Below, piece after piece: positions 28,362 to 39,312 of a stretch of 64,000 bases of DNA. The DNA comes from Alphaproteobacteria bacterium (GTDB lineage Bacteria; Pseudomonadota; Alphaproteobacteria; UBA11136). Each line of letters opens with the position of its first letter. Position 1 is the first letter of the stretch. The stretch spans positions 5,857-69,856 of the forward strand of contig JADHSZ010000005.1 of the NCBI GenBank assembly GCA_016776635.1. The letters run 5' to 3'. The notes under the pieces were generated by a model. It was not told the origin of the DNA. It was given only the letters and a program-made list of their open reading frames with translations, and did no database searches. The position numbers and the translations under genes were made by a program.

Positions 28362-30809
28362 TTAATACAACCCCCCTGGCCCGGCAACAGGAGAATCCGC
28401 CACCGCGTTCAGGGCATTGCCGTCAATCACCGAACCCACGCCTTGCCCCGGCGAAGGTTCGGTCCCCGGCTTGAAGGCCTCGAGGATCACGCGTTTGTCC
28501 CCGGGAGCGGCGGGAAGGCCGGTGGTGGCGTTGACCCGCACCAGACGGATGCCGGGGGGCACCCGGAAGGGAATGCCCGGCCTGCCTTCCAGAGCAGCTT
28601 CCATGAAATCGCGGAACATGGGCGCGGCCACGCTCGATCCGGTTTCGCGGCCCAGGGTTTTCGGCTGGTCGAAGCCCACATAGACGCCCACGGCGAGATC
28701 GGGGGAAAACCCCACGAACCAGGTATCGAAGCTTTTGTTGGTGGTTCCCGTCTTGCCCGCCAGCGGTTTGCCCACCGCCTTGATGCGGCGTCCGGTGCCG
28801 CGCTCCACCACGCCCTGGAGCATGGACACCACCTGGTAAGCGCTGGTGGAGTCTACCACCCGGGTACGGTTGTCGGGAGGCTCCGGCACCGCCAGATCGG
28901 CGTTCCAGAAAGCCGTGGTGCAGCCTTCACAGGGACGGTCGTCGTGACGATAGATGGTGCGGCCGATGCGATTCTGGATACGGTCGATGAAGCTGGGGGT
29001 GATGCGCTTGCCGCCGTTGACGAGTTGGGCGTAGGCGGTGGTGAGGTCAAGCAGGGTGGTCTCGCCCGCGCCCAGGGCCATGGCGAGCTGGGACGGCATA
29101 TTGTCCATGACGCCGAAGCGCCCCGCGGTATCCACCACCCTGTCCATGCCGATGGTCTGGGCCAGCCGCACCGTCATCAGGTTGCGTGATTTCTCGATAC
29201 CCAGGCGCATGGGGCTGGGGCCGTAGAATTTCTTGGTGTAGTTGGCGGGCTTCCATTTGCCCAGCCCCGGCCCCTGGTTGATGACGAAGGGCGCGTCGAG
29301 AATCAGGGTGGACGGCGTGAACCCCTGTTCCAGCGCCGCCAGATAGACGAAAGGCTTGAATGCCGATCCGGGCTGGCGCTTGGCCTGGGTGACGCGGTTG
29401 AACTCGCTCATGGAAAAATCATAGCCCCCCGACATGGCGAACACGCGCCCGGTATGGGGATCGAGCGCCACGAGGCCACCGCCGATCTCTGGAATCTGCC
29501 GCAGGGCATAGGTGTTGGGGGGATAGGAGACCGGATCTTCGTCTTTCGATTGCGGCGTCGAGGAGGTGACCTTCTCCACCGCGATCACATCGCCGATGGC
29601 CAGCACCTCGCCGGCGCGGCGCACCGACGGTCCCCGCTTGCCGCCCTTCAGGGCTTCGCGCGCCCATCTCACCTCGGCCAGCGGAATGGCGCCCAGCGCG
29701 CCGGACGGGAAACCGATATCCACGCTTTTGTCCGACACCGCCAGAACCACCGCGCGCTTCCAGTCCATCATACCCGGCGGCACCGCCACGGCGGCCACCT
29801 GACGCGCCCAGTTGACGCCGGGATTGATGTTTGTGAGGGGTCCGCGCCAGCCGTGGCGGCGGTCATAGGTGCGCAGGCCGGCGCGCAGGATATCATCGGC
29901 GATCCCCTGGAGACGCGGGTCCACCGAGGTGCGCACCGAAAGGCCGCCCTCGTACAAGCCTTTATAGCCGTACCGTTCGAGGATTCTGCGCCGCACTTCC
30001 TCAAGGAAATATTCAGCCCTTGCGAATTGCGTGTCCTCGCGCCGGCGCACCTGCAAGGGCGTGGTCTTGGCCTCCAGCGCCTCGCCGGGGGTGATATGGC
30101 CGTCGTCGAACATGCGGTTGATGACCCAGTTGCGGCGCGCCAGCGCCGCCTTGGGATAGCGGAAGGGATGATAGTTGTTGGGCGCCTTGGGCAAGGCCGC
30201 GAGATAGGCCACCTCGGCGATGGAAAGCTCGCCCAGGGACTTGTTGAAATAGTTGAGCGCGGCGGCGGCCACCCCGTAGGATCCCAGACCGAGATAAATC
30301 TCGTTGAGATAGAGTTCGAGGATGCGGTCCTTGGTGAACGCCCTCTCGATGCGGAAGGCGAGAATGGCTTCCTTGATCTTGCGCTCGATGGAGACCTCGT
30401 TGGTGAGCAGGAAATTCTTGGCCACCTGTTGAGTGATGGTGGAGGCGCCCTTGAGCCGGCGCTGGCTTCCCATATTGGCGAGATTGGTGACCATGGCCCG
30501 TACCACGCCCAGGAAATCAATTCCCGGATGGCTGTAGAAATTCTTGTCCTCGGCGGAGAGGAAGGCGTTGATCACCCGTTTCTGCATGGCGGAAATGGGA
30601 ACGAAGACCCGCTTCTCCACCGCGTATTCGGCGATCAGGCGGCCGTCACCGGCATGGACACGGGTCACCGTGGGGGGATCGTAATCGGCCAGCTGTTTGT
30701 AGTCGGGCAGGCCGCGCCCGAAATGATAGAGCACGTACAACCCGCCACCCACACCGAGCATGGTGAGAACCAGAAGAAAGGAGAACAGGAATCCGATTGC
30801 TCTGAACAT
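28362..30809 (-). CDS. mrcA: Penicillin-binding protein 1A
   Basis: EDKNFY.H.G and GASTITQQ (transglycosylase); SAFK, SRN, KTGT (transpeptidase). Confidence 0.95.
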   Translation of the reverse strand: MFRAIGFLFSFLLVLTMLGVGGGLYVLYHFGRGLPDYKQLADYDPPTVTRVHAGDGRLIAEYAVEKRVFVPISAMQKRVINAFLSAEDKNFYSHPGIDFLGVVRAMVTNLANMGSQRRLKGASTITQQVAKNFLLTNEVSIERKIKEAILAFRIERAFTKDRILELYLNEIYLGLGSYGVAAAALNYFNKSLGELSIAEVAYLAALPKAPNNYHPFRYPKAALARRNWVINRMFDDGHITPGEALEAKTTPLQVRRREDTQFARAEYFLEEVRRRILERYGYKGLYEGGLSVRTSVDPRLQGIADDILRAGLRTYDRRHGWRGPLTNINPGVNWARQVAAVAVPPGMMDWKRAVVLAVSDKSVDIGFPSGALGAIPLAEVRWAREALKGGKRGPSVRRAGEVLAIGDVIAVEKVTSSTPQSKDEDPVSYPPNTYALRQIPEIGGGLVALDPHTGRVFAMSGGYDFSMSEFNRVTQAKRQPGSAFKPFVYLAALEQGFTPSTLILDAPFVINQGPGLGKWKPANYTKKFYGPSPMRLGIEKSRNLMTVRLAQTIGMDRVVDTAGRFGVMDNMPSQLAMALGAGETTLLDLTTAYAQLVNGGKRITPSFIDRIQNRIGRTIYRHDDRPCEGCTTAFWNADLAVPEPPDNRTRVVDSTSAYQVVSMLQGVVERGTGRRIKAVGKPLAGKTGTTNKSFDTWFVGFSPDLAVGVYVGFDQPKTLGRETGSSVAAPMFRDFMEAALEGRPGIPFRVPPGIRLVRVNATTGLPAAPGDKRVILEAFKPGTEPSPGQGVGSVIDGNALNAVADSPVAGPGGLY

Positions 30810-30942
30810 ATCCGCGTCACCGTGGACCAAAACACCCGCCGAAACCACCCCCGAAAGGCCGTGCCGTGCATGGATGCGGGCGGTGATGATGCTAATAAGG
30901 GAATGCGGCAGGTTTATGACCGGTTTATGACCTGTAACAGGT

Positions 30943-32292
30943 TCAGGACCGGCGCATATTATCCTTCCAGGCGAAGAATTTATCCACGGCCGCGACGATG
31001 GCCGCGCCCAGCTTGCCGCGATATTTGGGATCGCGCAGCAGGCGTTCCTCCCCGGCGTTGGAGAGGTAGCCCAGCTCCACCAGCACCGAGGGAATATCGG
31101 GCGCCTTGAGCACCGCGAAGCCGGCGAAACGGTGGGTCTTGTGCAGCACTTTGACCTTGCGGCGAATATCCGTAATCAGAAGGTTGGCGAAATGAGCCGA
31201 CAGGTTCATGGTTTCGCGCTGGGCCAGATCAATGAGGATATTCGTCACCTCCGGCGTCTCGTAGGTGAGGTCGATGCCGGCGATCACATCCGATTTGTTT
31301 TCCGACTTTGCCAATGCCGCGGCCTCTTTATCCGACGCGGTCTCGGACAGGGTATAGACGGAAAGCCCCCGGATGCTCCGGTTCTTGATGCTGTCGGCGT
31401 GCAGCGAAATGAAGAGGTCGCCGTCGGCCTGGCGCGCCTTGGCGAGACGGCCGCGCAGACGGATGAAGATATCCCGGTTGCGCGTCAGCACCACCCTGTA
31501 GCGGCCCGTGGCCTCGAACTTCTTCTTCAGTTCCTTGGCCATGGCCAGGGTGATGGCCTTTTCAAAACGCCCGCTTTTTCCGGTGGCGCCGGGGTCCACG
31601 CCGCCGTGACCGGGGTCGAGGACGATGGTGCGCTTGCCGGGCTTGCGCGGCGGCTTGGGCGTTCCCGGCGCAAGATCACCGGAACCCGGCGCCAGTGGAA
31701 GCAGCGCCACATCCCCGGCGGAAGATGAAGGCGGCGGGGCCGTGGGCAGCGGCGGGGACGCGGAGGGTGCGGGAGGCGGCCGCGGCCTGGATTTCTGGGC
31801 TTTCAGAAAAGCCGCCGGGCTCACCTTTTCGAGATCGAGCACAAGGCGGGGGCCAGAGCCGCCATTCGATTCCAGAACGAAAGCCTTCTTCACCGTCACC
31901 GGGCCTTCCACATCGAACACAAGACGGGAATTCCCCGCCTTGAAGAGGCCATAGCGGAACTGTTTCACCACCCCCGCCACGCTTGAAATCTTGGGGATGT
32001 CCCAGGCTATTTCCGGCAGGTCCACCACCACGCGGTAGGGATCTGACAGGGTGAAGACGCTGAATTGCACTTTATCGCTAAGGTCGAGAACCACCCGCGT
32101 CAGGGTCTTGGAACGATCGCCGAAGCGCACCCCCGTTACGGTGGCGGCGGTCGCGGCGGGCGCGGCGGCGGCACTGGAGAAGACGCCGGAAGTGGTGCCG
32201 GAGAACGTGACGGTAAGGGTGACCAAGAGTGCCGCGCCGAAGAGACTCGCCGCCAAGAGATGCCGTCCGAACCGGGCCGCTGAATTCCACAT
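30943..32292 (-). CDS. amiC: N-acetylmuramoyl-L-alanine amidase with AMIN domain (AmiC-like)
   Basis: TRVVLDL/PYRVVVDL AMIN domain; LDPGHGG.DPGA, FISLHAD, LVELGYLSN. Confidence 0.92.
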   Translation of the reverse strand: MWNSAARFGRHLLAASLFGAALLVTLTVTFSGTTSGVFSSAAAAPAATAATVTGVRFGDRSKTLTRVVLDLSDKVQFSVFTLSDPYRVVVDLPEIAWDIPKISSVAGVVKQFRYGLFKAGNSRLVFDVEGPVTVKKAFVLESNGGSGPRLVLDLEKVSPAAFLKAQKSRPRPPPAPSASPPLPTAPPPSSSAGDVALLPLAPGSGDLAPGTPKPPRKPGKRTIVLDPGHGGVDPGATGKSGRFEKAITLAMAKELKKKFEATGRYRVVLTRNRDIFIRLRGRLAKARQADGDLFISLHADSIKNRSIRGLSVYTLSETASDKEAAALAKSENKSDVIAGIDLTYETPEVTNILIDLAQRETMNLSAHFANLLITDIRRKVKVLHKTHRFAGFAVLKAPDIPSVLVELGYLSNAGEERLLRDPKYRGKLGAAIVAAVDKFFAWKDNMRRS

Positions 32293-32732
32293 CTAGAGGA
32301 TTTTCATCCTTTTCTAACTATATCTGCCCATTGTTTAACATAGATTTCCCGCCGCCACCATATTCCAGCATGAAGAAAAGAAGGGCGTCACACAATATCG
32401 TGTTGTGGAACCGCCATGCGGTGAGTATGTTGAACTCACGAACGAGCCGCAGCCGGCGCCGATCCGCATTCGGGTTTTCCCCAGGCGGAGAGGAGGTTGG
32501 CAAGGCGGTAACATAACTTAGTCTGGAGCCCCCCGGCACTTGCCGGATGCGCGGTTTCCTTGGCGCGGCCTCCCTGGTTTTTCCCTTTGGAGAACCATGT
32601 GTATGAGGCGCCGTTGACGGGAAACGTTCCGGTATCGGATGGCTTCTTAAAGATAACAAAGAACAATGGCGCGCCGCCGCCCGATGCGCATTCCGGGCAG
32701 AAGCAGGTCGCGCCTGTGGAGAATATAGCCTC

Positions 32733-35282
32733 ATGGCTAAAAGGATGCTGATTGACGCGTCCCAGCCCGAAGAAACCCGGGTGGTCGTGCTCAGCGGAAA
32801 TACTCTCGAAGATTTTGACTTCGAGAGTTCCGCGAAAAAATCCCTCAAAGGTAATATCTATCTAGCGAAAGTGGTGCGGGTCGAGCCGTCGTTGCAGGCG
32901 GCCTTCGTCGATTTCGGAGGCTCACGGCACGGATTCCTCGCCTTTAACGAAATCCATCCCGACTATTACAAGATTCCGGTCGCCGACCGCGAGGCCCTTA
33001 TCGCCGAAGAAGCGCGAATGGCCCCGGATGTGGATGTGGATGTGGACGCCGATACGTCTTCGCAATCTTCCCCGGACATGGCCGGGGATATGGCGGAAGA
33101 AATGCCGGAGACCTCAGAATCCCCTGCCGGAGATGACGGGGATGAGGCCGATACCGGCGACGAAGCCGATGCCGGAAAAAAACCAAAATCCACTAAAAAA
33201 TCCACTAAAAAATCCACTAAAAAGGCTGCGAAGGAATCTGTGGCCCTGAGTGGCGGCGTCAAGGACGAAGCCATCACCGAGGCTCCCGCGAACGACGTGG
33301 ATGAAAAAGACGCGGATAAAAAAGAAGAAGAAGATAAGTCCGCAAAGGCCGCAGACAACAACAACGACGACACCCACGAGGACGACAAGGACGAGGAACT
33401 CGCGGATCTGGAAACCGTGGGCGGCGACACCGACGAGGACATGGCGCCGAAACGGGCCCCGGCAACGCGGCGCTATAAAATCCAGGAAGTCATCAAGCGC
33501 GGTCAGGTTGTTCTGGTCCAGGTGGCCAAGGAAGAACGCGGCACCAAGGGAGCCGCCCTGACCACACGCATATCACTGGCCGGACGCTATTGCGTGCTGA
33601 TGCCCAACATGGCTCGGGGCGGCGGAATCTCGCGCAAAATTGCTAATCTCGCAGATCGCCGCAAGCTCAGAACCATCCTCGACGGATTGTCCATCCCCGA
33701 TGGCATCGCCGTCATCGTGCGCACCGCGGGGCGCGAGCGCACCAAGGCCGAAATCAAGCGCGACTATGAATATCTCATGCGTTTGTGGAGCGAAATCCGC
33801 GACGCCACCCTGCAATCCTCGGCGCCGTCCCTGGTCCATGAAGAGGCCAACATCATCAAGCGCGCCATCCGCGACCTTTATTCGCGCGACATGGAAGAGG
33901 TGCTGATAGACAGCGAAGACGGCTATCGCCTGGCCAAGGAATCCATGCGCATGCTCACGCCCAGCCACGCCAAGCGGGTAAAGCGCTATCGCGACGGCGA
34001 CGTCCCCCTGTTCAGCCGCTTTGACGTGGAAGACCAGATCGACGCCATCCACAGTCACACCATGCGGCTCAAGTCCGGGGGCTATATCGTCATTGACCAG
34101 ACCGAGGCGCTGGTGGCCATCGATGTCAATTCCGGGCGCTCCACCCGTGAACGCAATATCGAGGAAACCGCGCTCAAGACCAATCTCGAAGCCGCCGACG
34201 AAGTGGCCCGTCAATTACGGCTGCGTGATTTCGCCGGCCTCATCGTCATCGACTTCATCGATATGGACGAACATCGCAACCGCTCGAAGGTGGAAAAGCG
34301 CATCAAGGAAGCGCTCAAGACCGACCGCGCCCGCATCCAGATCGGCCGCATCAGCGGGTTCGGCCTGTTGGAGATGTCGCGCCAGCGGCTCCGCCCCAGC
34401 CTCCATGAAATCAGCACCCAGACCTGTCCCCATTGCGGCGGCAGGGGTGTTGTGCGCTCGGTGGAATCCACGGCGCTTCACGTCTTGCGCGCCATAGAGA
34501 AGGAAAGTCCACGCAGCCGCGACGGACAGCTGTCCGTCCATGTGCCGCCCGAGGTGGACCTTTATATCCTCAACCAGAAGCGCGATATCCTGAGCGCCAT
34601 CGAGGCCCGCCACGGTATCCGCGTTATGGTTCACCATGACGCAACCCTGGTCCCGCCCGACTTCCGCATCGAAGGCGCCACCGCCGCAAAGACCACCGGC
34701 AAAGCCGGCGCAAGGGAGGAGGCCAAAGACAAATCCTCCGCGCCACGGCGGCGGGGACGGCGCCGCACCAAGGACAGCGAGGAGGCCTCCGCGGACGCAA
34801 CCGCTCAGGCTGCCGCCCCGGCCGGAGGAGAATCCGGCGACAGGGACGACCAGGAGGACAAACCTGTCCGCAAGCGCCGCCGGCGCGGTAAGCGCGGCGG
34901 CAGGCGGCATTCGCGCAAAAGCGCCGCCACAGAAACATCGATGGAAACGCAAACCGGAACGACCGCTACGGACTCCGGGCCGGAGGCGGTTTCCGTAACC
35001 CCGGAACCCACGGAAGAGGCCGCCCCAGAAAAGGTAAAAACGGAAGAGGGCGAGAAAGCCGCCGCCAAGCCACGGAAGCGCGCGCCGCGCCGCACCAGAA
35101 AACCCGCCAAGAGCGCAGCCGAAAAGAAAGCCACAGAGAAGGCCACAGAGAAGGCCACAGAGAAAGAGACTGCAAAAGAGAAGGCTGTGGAGGACGTCCC
35201 CGTCACCGCTGCTGCTGCCGGGGCGCCACCGGCCGACGACAAGCCAAAACGCCGGGGCTGGTGGAACTCACTGATGGAATAG
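32733..35282 (+). CDS. rne: Ribonuclease E (Rne/Rng)
   Basis: GNIYLAKV.RVEPSLQAAFVD, KGAALT, IDVNSGRST, VIDFIDM, CPHC; acidic S1 insert; disordered C-terminus ending RRGWW. Confidence 0.96.
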   Translation: MAKRMLIDASQPEETRVVVLSGNTLEDFDFESSAKKSLKGNIYLAKVVRVEPSLQAAFVDFGGSRHGFLAFNEIHPDYYKIPVADREALIAEEARMAPDVDVDVDADTSSQSSPDMAGDMAEEMPETSESPAGDDGDEADTGDEADAGKKPKSTKKSTKKSTKKAAKESVALSGGVKDEAITEAPANDVDEKDADKKEEEDKSAKAADNNNDDTHEDDKDEELADLETVGGDTDEDMAPKRAPATRRYKIQEVIKRGQVVLVQVAKEERGTKGAALTTRISLAGRYCVLMPNMARGGGISRKIANLADRRKLRTILDGLSIPDGIAVIVRTAGRERTKAEIKRDYEYLMRLWSEIRDATLQSSAPSLVHEEANIIKRAIRDLYSRDMEEVLIDSEDGYRLAKESMRMLTPSHAKRVKRYRDGDVPLFSRFDVEDQIDAIHSHTMRLKSGGYIVIDQTEALVAIDVNSGRSTRERNIEETALKTNLEAADEVARQLRLRDFAGLIVIDFIDMDEHRNRSKVEKRIKEALKTDRARIQIGRISGFGLLEMSRQRLRPSLHEISTQTCPHCGGRGVVRSVESTALHVLRAIEKESPRSRDGQLSVHVPPEVDLYILNQKRDILSAIEARHGIRVMVHHDATLVPPDFRIEGATAAKTTGKAGAREEAKDKSSAPRRRGRRRTKDSEEASADATAQAAAPAGGESGDRDDQEDKPVRKRRRRGKRGGRRHSRKSAATETSMETQTGTTATDSGPEAVSVTPEPTEEAAPEKVKTEEGEKAAAKPRKRAPRRTRKPAKSAAEKKATEKATEKATEKETAKEKAVEDVPVTAAAAGAPPADDKPKRRGWWNSLME

Positions 35283-35289
35283 GATCAGC

Positions 35290-35361
35290 GGAAGCGTGAT
35301 CAGCGCTTCCAGTCTTTATGATCAGCGCTTCCAGTCTTTACGATCAACGCTTCCAGCATTT
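35290..35361. repeat. 22-bp tandem repeat x3 copying the aminotransferase 3' end, plus a GGAAGCG/CGCTTCC hairpin
   Basis: TGATCAGCGCTTCCAGTCTTTA at 35297 and 35319; degenerate third unit at 35341 contains the real stop. Confidence 0.88.
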
Positions 35362-36492
35362 GAGCCGCGCTACCGCTTCTTCCATGGCAGCCGCCGGACC
35401 GGCGAAAGACAGGCGGATGGCGCGATGGCCCGAGACGGGGTCGAAATCCGTTCCCGGCGTCGTCGCCACCCCGGTCTCGGCCAGCATACGATGGCAGAAA
35501 TCATGGCTGTCATTGGTCAATTCAGAAACATCCGCATAGAGATAAAACGCCCCGTCGGAGGGCGCCATGCGGTCGAATCCGGCACCCGGCAGGCCGTCGA
35601 GCAGAATCTCACGATTGCGGGCATAGGTGGCCACGCTGGCGTCGAGCTCTCCGATACAGTCGAAGACGCTCATGGCCGCGTTCTGGGACAGGCAGGGCGG
35701 GGAAATAAACAGGTTCTGGGACAGGCTTTCCACCGCCCGCAACAGATCATCGGGCACCACCATCCAGCCCAGACGCCAGCCCGGCATGGCAAAATATTTC
35801 GAGAAGCTGTTAATGACGATGGCCTCATCGCCGAAGGACAGGGCCGAGACCGCATCCGTCCCGAAGGTAATGCCGTGATAAATCTCGTCCGAGACGAGGC
35901 GGATGCCCTGGTCCCGGCAGTGATCGGCGATGGCGCGGAATTCCTCGGCCGGCAAAACGGTGCCGGTGGGGTTGGAGGGGCTGGCGATAATCAACCCGTC
36001 GAGGGGGGCGTCCACTTTTTCCAGCATCTCCACTGTGGGCTGGAACCGGGTTTCCGCTCCCACCGGGAGCGCCACCGTTTCCACCCCCAGCGCGGTCAGA
36101 ATGTTGCGGTAGGCGGGATAGCCGGGCATGGCCAGGGCCACCCGGTCCCCCACATCGAAAGCGGCGAGAAAGGCCAGCACGAAAGCCCCCGAAGACCCCG
36201 TGGTGACGGCGATGCGGCCCGGCGCCACGGCGATGCCCTCGCGCGCCTGGTAATAGGCGGCGATGCGTTCCCGCAAGGGGGGAATGCCCAGTGACTCGGT
36301 ATAGCCCGGCAGATTTTTGTCCAGCAGTTCGTGAGCCCGCTCCACCACAAGCCCCGGCGTGGGCGCGCTGGGCTCCCCCAGTTCGAGATGGAGCACATCG
36401 CCGCCATCGGCCACGCGCTGGTTGGCGAAGCGCAGCATTTCCATGACGATGAAGGGGGAGATTTCCCCCCGGCGCGAGCTTTTCAGCGCCAT
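35344..36492 (-). CDS. PLP-dependent aminotransferase class I/II
   Basis: SPSNPTG, SDEIYHG, NSFSKYFAMPGWRLGW. Confidence 0.93.
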   Translation of the reverse strand: MALKSSRRGEISPFIVMEMLRFANQRVADGGDVLHLELGEPSAPTPGLVVERAHELLDKNLPGYTESLGIPPLRERIAAYYQAREGIAVAPGRIAVTTGSSGAFVLAFLAAFDVGDRVALAMPGYPAYRNILTALGVETVALPVGAETRFQPTVEMLEKVDAPLDGLIIASPSNPTGTVLPAEEFRAIADHCRDQGIRLVSDEIYHGITFGTDAVSALSFGDEAIVINSFSKYFAMPGWRLGWMVVPDDLLRAVESLSQNLFISPPCLSQNAAMSVFDCIGELDASVATYARNREILLDGLPGAGFDRMAPSDGAFYLYADVSELTNDSHDFCHRMLAETGVATTPGTDFDPVSGHRAIRLSFAGPAAAMEEAVARLKCWKR

Positions 36493-36573
36493 AATGCCTC
36501 TTTTCGGCCTTTTTGACCTGTTATGGGGTTCATTGACGACACGGGATTTACTCCCTACTTAAGACGAGACTTA

Positions 36574-37941
36574 ATGACGAGAAACCTCAGGACGATCCTT
36601 TTGCGCAAGCCTTTCCTTTTCCGCTCCACAGTCTTTCTTGCCGCCATGATGACCGCGCTTGTGGTCTTTGCCGGCGATGCCCGCGCGCTTATCCGCGATG
36701 AAGAGATTGAAACTACCATCCGTTCCTGGAGCACGCCAATCTTCAACGCCGCCGATCTCAACCCCGATTCGGTGGCGGTCTATATCGTACCCGACACCGC
36801 CCTCAACGCCTTCGTTTCCGGAGGACAGAATATTTTTCTCACATCCGGCCTGCTGATGCGCAGCGAGACCGCCGGCCAGGTGAAGGGTGTCATCGCCCAT
36901 GAGACCGGTCATATCGCGGGGGGGCATCTGGCCCGCCTCCAGGAGGCCCTGAAACACGCCCAGCTCGAATCCATCATCGCCATGGTGCTGGGCGCCGGGA
37001 TCATCGCCACCGGCACGGAACAGTCCGGCGCCGGTGGAGTCGCCGTCATTACGGGAGGACAGGAGGTGGCCGGACGCAACCTGTTGAAATATACCCGCGG
37101 CCAGGAAGCCGCCGCCGATCAGGCCGCCATGTCCTATCTCGACCGTACCGGACAGTCGTCGAAGGGCATGGAGGATTTCATGCGCATCCTGGCCCAGCAC
37201 GAAGCCATCTATGTGGGCAAGGGCGATCCCTATATGCGGTCCCATCCCATGACCCGGGACCGCGTCGAGGTGATCGGCAACCACGTGGCCAATTCGCGGC
37301 TTTCCCACGTGCCGGAGCCGGAGCGGGATGTTCTTGCCCATGCCCGCATGCGGGCCAAGCTGTTGGCCTTTATCGAGCCCCTGGACCGTACCCTGAAGGA
37401 ATACCCCGAGAGCGACACCTCCCTGCCCGCCCGCTACGCCCGGGCCATCGCCTATTACCGCAAGGCCAACCTCGCCCGCGCCCTGCCGCTCGTCGACGGC
37501 CTCATCGCCGAACACCCCGACGATCCCTATTTTCACGAACTGCGGGGCCAGATGCTGTTCGAGAACGGACATGTGGCCGCGGCCGTGCAATCCTATAAGG
37601 TAGCGTTGGGGCTGAAACCCGGCAGCGCGCTGTTTCTCACCATGCTGGGCCAGGCCCAGCTGGAACTCAACGATCCGGCCCAGACCCGGGCCGCCACCGC
37701 CCATCTGGTGGAAGCGGTGAAGCTGGAAAAGGAAAATGCCGCGTCCTGGAACTTCCTCGCCATCGCCTATGGCCGTCAGGGAGAGATTGGACTTTCGTCC
37801 CTGGCACTGGCTGAAAAGTTCCTCATCCACGGCCAGAACAAGGATGCCCGTGCCCAGGCCAAGCGGGCGGAAAAGGCACTGCCCCACGGATCGCCGGGCT
37901 GGCTGAGGGCCCAGGACATCATCACCGTCGCCAAGAAATAA
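36574..37941 (+). CDS. M48 metalloprotease with TPR domain (BepA/YfgC-like)
   Basis: LIRD.EIE, LNAFV.GG, HETGH zinc motif, E.AAD, SHP. Confidence 0.9.
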   Translation: MTRNLRTILLRKPFLFRSTVFLAAMMTALVVFAGDARALIRDEEIETTIRSWSTPIFNAADLNPDSVAVYIVPDTALNAFVSGGQNIFLTSGLLMRSETAGQVKGVIAHETGHIAGGHLARLQEALKHAQLESIIAMVLGAGIIATGTEQSGAGGVAVITGGQEVAGRNLLKYTRGQEAAADQAAMSYLDRTGQSSKGMEDFMRILAQHEAIYVGKGDPYMRSHPMTRDRVEVIGNHVANSRLSHVPEPERDVLAHARMRAKLLAFIEPLDRTLKEYPESDTSLPARYARAIAYYRKANLARALPLVDGLIAEHPDDPYFHELRGQMLFENGHVAAAVQSYKVALGLKPGSALFLTMLGQAQLELNDPAQTRAATAHLVEAVKLEKENAASWNFLAIAYGRQGEIGLSSLALAEKFLIHGQNKDARAQAKRAEKALPHGSPGWLRAQDIITVAKK

Positions 37942-37958
37942 GTGAGGAAAAATCTATC

Positions 37959-38723
37959 GTGAACCGCCCCCTGATCGCCGTCGCCGCCCTTTCCCTGGCC
38001 GCCCTTATCCTGTCCGCCGTGGCGTTGTTGCGCGGCGGCATGGACTCTGTACCGCCGGGCGAAACCGCCGCTACCGAGGAGATGATCCGCACCCTGCTGC
38101 GCGAGCATCCGGAAATCGTCGGCGAGGCCCTGCAGGCGGTGATGGAGAAACGCCGCCTCGCCGAGGAAGAACGCCAGCGGCTCAACATCAGGGTCAAGGC
38201 CAGGGAGCTTAATGAGGATCCCGGCTCGGTGGTGGGAGGGAACCCCGCGGGCGACATCTCCATGGTGGAGTTTTTCGATTACAACTGTCCCTATTGCAGA
38301 AGTTCCCACGAAAGCGTCAGCACCATGGTGGCCGAGGACGGCAACATCCGCTTCGTCTATAAGGAATATCCCATCCTCGGCGACAGTTCGGTGATTGCCG
38401 CGAGCGCCGCCCTGGCGGCGCGCAAACAGGACAAATATATCGCCTTTCATAACGCCCTGATGACCCATAAGGGCCGCCTCAACAAGGTGGCGGTGATGGC
38501 GGTAGCCGAAGCGACCGGACTCGACGTGGCGCGGTTGAAACGGGATATGACAGACCCCGAAATCGCCGCCATCCTCAGCCGCACCAGAACCCTGGCCGGA
38601 GCGCTGGAGATCACCGGCACCCCGGCCTATGTGATCGGCGACCGGCTGGTTCCCGGCGCCGTCGACGCCGCCAGCTTCAAGGCCCTTATCGCCGAGCTGC
38701 GCAAGGACAAGGAAGACTCATGA
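37959..38723 (+). CDS. DsbA-family (Com1/ScsC-like) thiol-disulfide protein
   Basis: EFFDYNCPYC, KEYPILG, ITGTP. Confidence 0.92.
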   Translation: MNRPLIAVAALSLAALILSAVALLRGGMDSVPPGETAATEEMIRTLLREHPEIVGEALQAVMEKRRLAEEERQRLNIRVKARELNEDPGSVVGGNPAGDISMVEFFDYNCPYCRSSHESVSTMVAEDGNIRFVYKEYPILGDSSVIAASAALAARKQDKYIAFHNALMTHKGRLNKVAVMAVAEATGLDVARLKRDMTDPEIAAILSRTRTLAGALEITGTPAYVIGDRLVPGAVDAASFKALIAELRKDKEDS

Positions 38724-38847
38724 GGGGGATGGCCCGTTGCACCCGCGCGTCCCCGTGATATAACCCTGTGAAGAAAGTAGGTTTTTCACAGAACCAACAG
38801 AACCGTGAAACTGTTTTCGGGAGAACCGCGCCTCAGCGCAGGCGCCC

Positions 38848-39312
38848 ATGACAGGTACCATGTCCGCCACCATCCTGATCCTCAACGGCCCCAATCTCAA
38901 TCTTCTTGGAAGCCGCGAGCCCGACGTCTATGGCAGTGAAACCCTTGCCGAGATCGAGGCCTCCTGCCGCGACCACGCCAAGGGGCTGGGGCTGGAAATT
39001 GATTTCTGCCAGTCCAACGACGAAGGTGAGATGGTGAACATCATCCAGGAGGCGCAGACGGGCTGCGCCGGGCTGATCATCAACGCCGGCGCCTTTACCC
39101 ATACGTCGGTGGCCATTCTCGACGCCCTTCTGGCCCTTGAACAGCCGGTGGTGGAAGTGCATCTGTCCAACCTTTTCCAGCGCGAAAGCTTTCGCCATCA
39201 TTCATTTGTCAGCCAGGCCGCCCGAGGTATGATCTGCGGGTTTCGCGGCCAGGGCTATGTTCTGGCCCTGGATGCGCTGGCGCGGATTCTCAAGGATAAA
39301 AACGAGGCTTAA
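38848..39312 (+). CDS. aroQ: Type II 3-dehydroquinate dehydratase
   Basis: [32 protein letters not shown]. Start may be 38860. Confidence 0.96.
   Translation: MTGTMSATILILNGPNLNLLGSREPDVYGSETLAEIEASCRDHAKGLGLEIDFCQSNDEGEMVNIIQEAQTGCAGLIINAGAFTHTSVAILDALLALEQPVVEVHLSNLFQRESFRHHSFVSQAARGMICGFRGQGYVLALDALARILKDKNEA

Noticed and set aside
32300..32732. Discrete ncRNA in the amiC-rne intergenic region
   Set aside because: Long structured rne leaders are usual, and I could not define a specific RNA family or boundaries by eye
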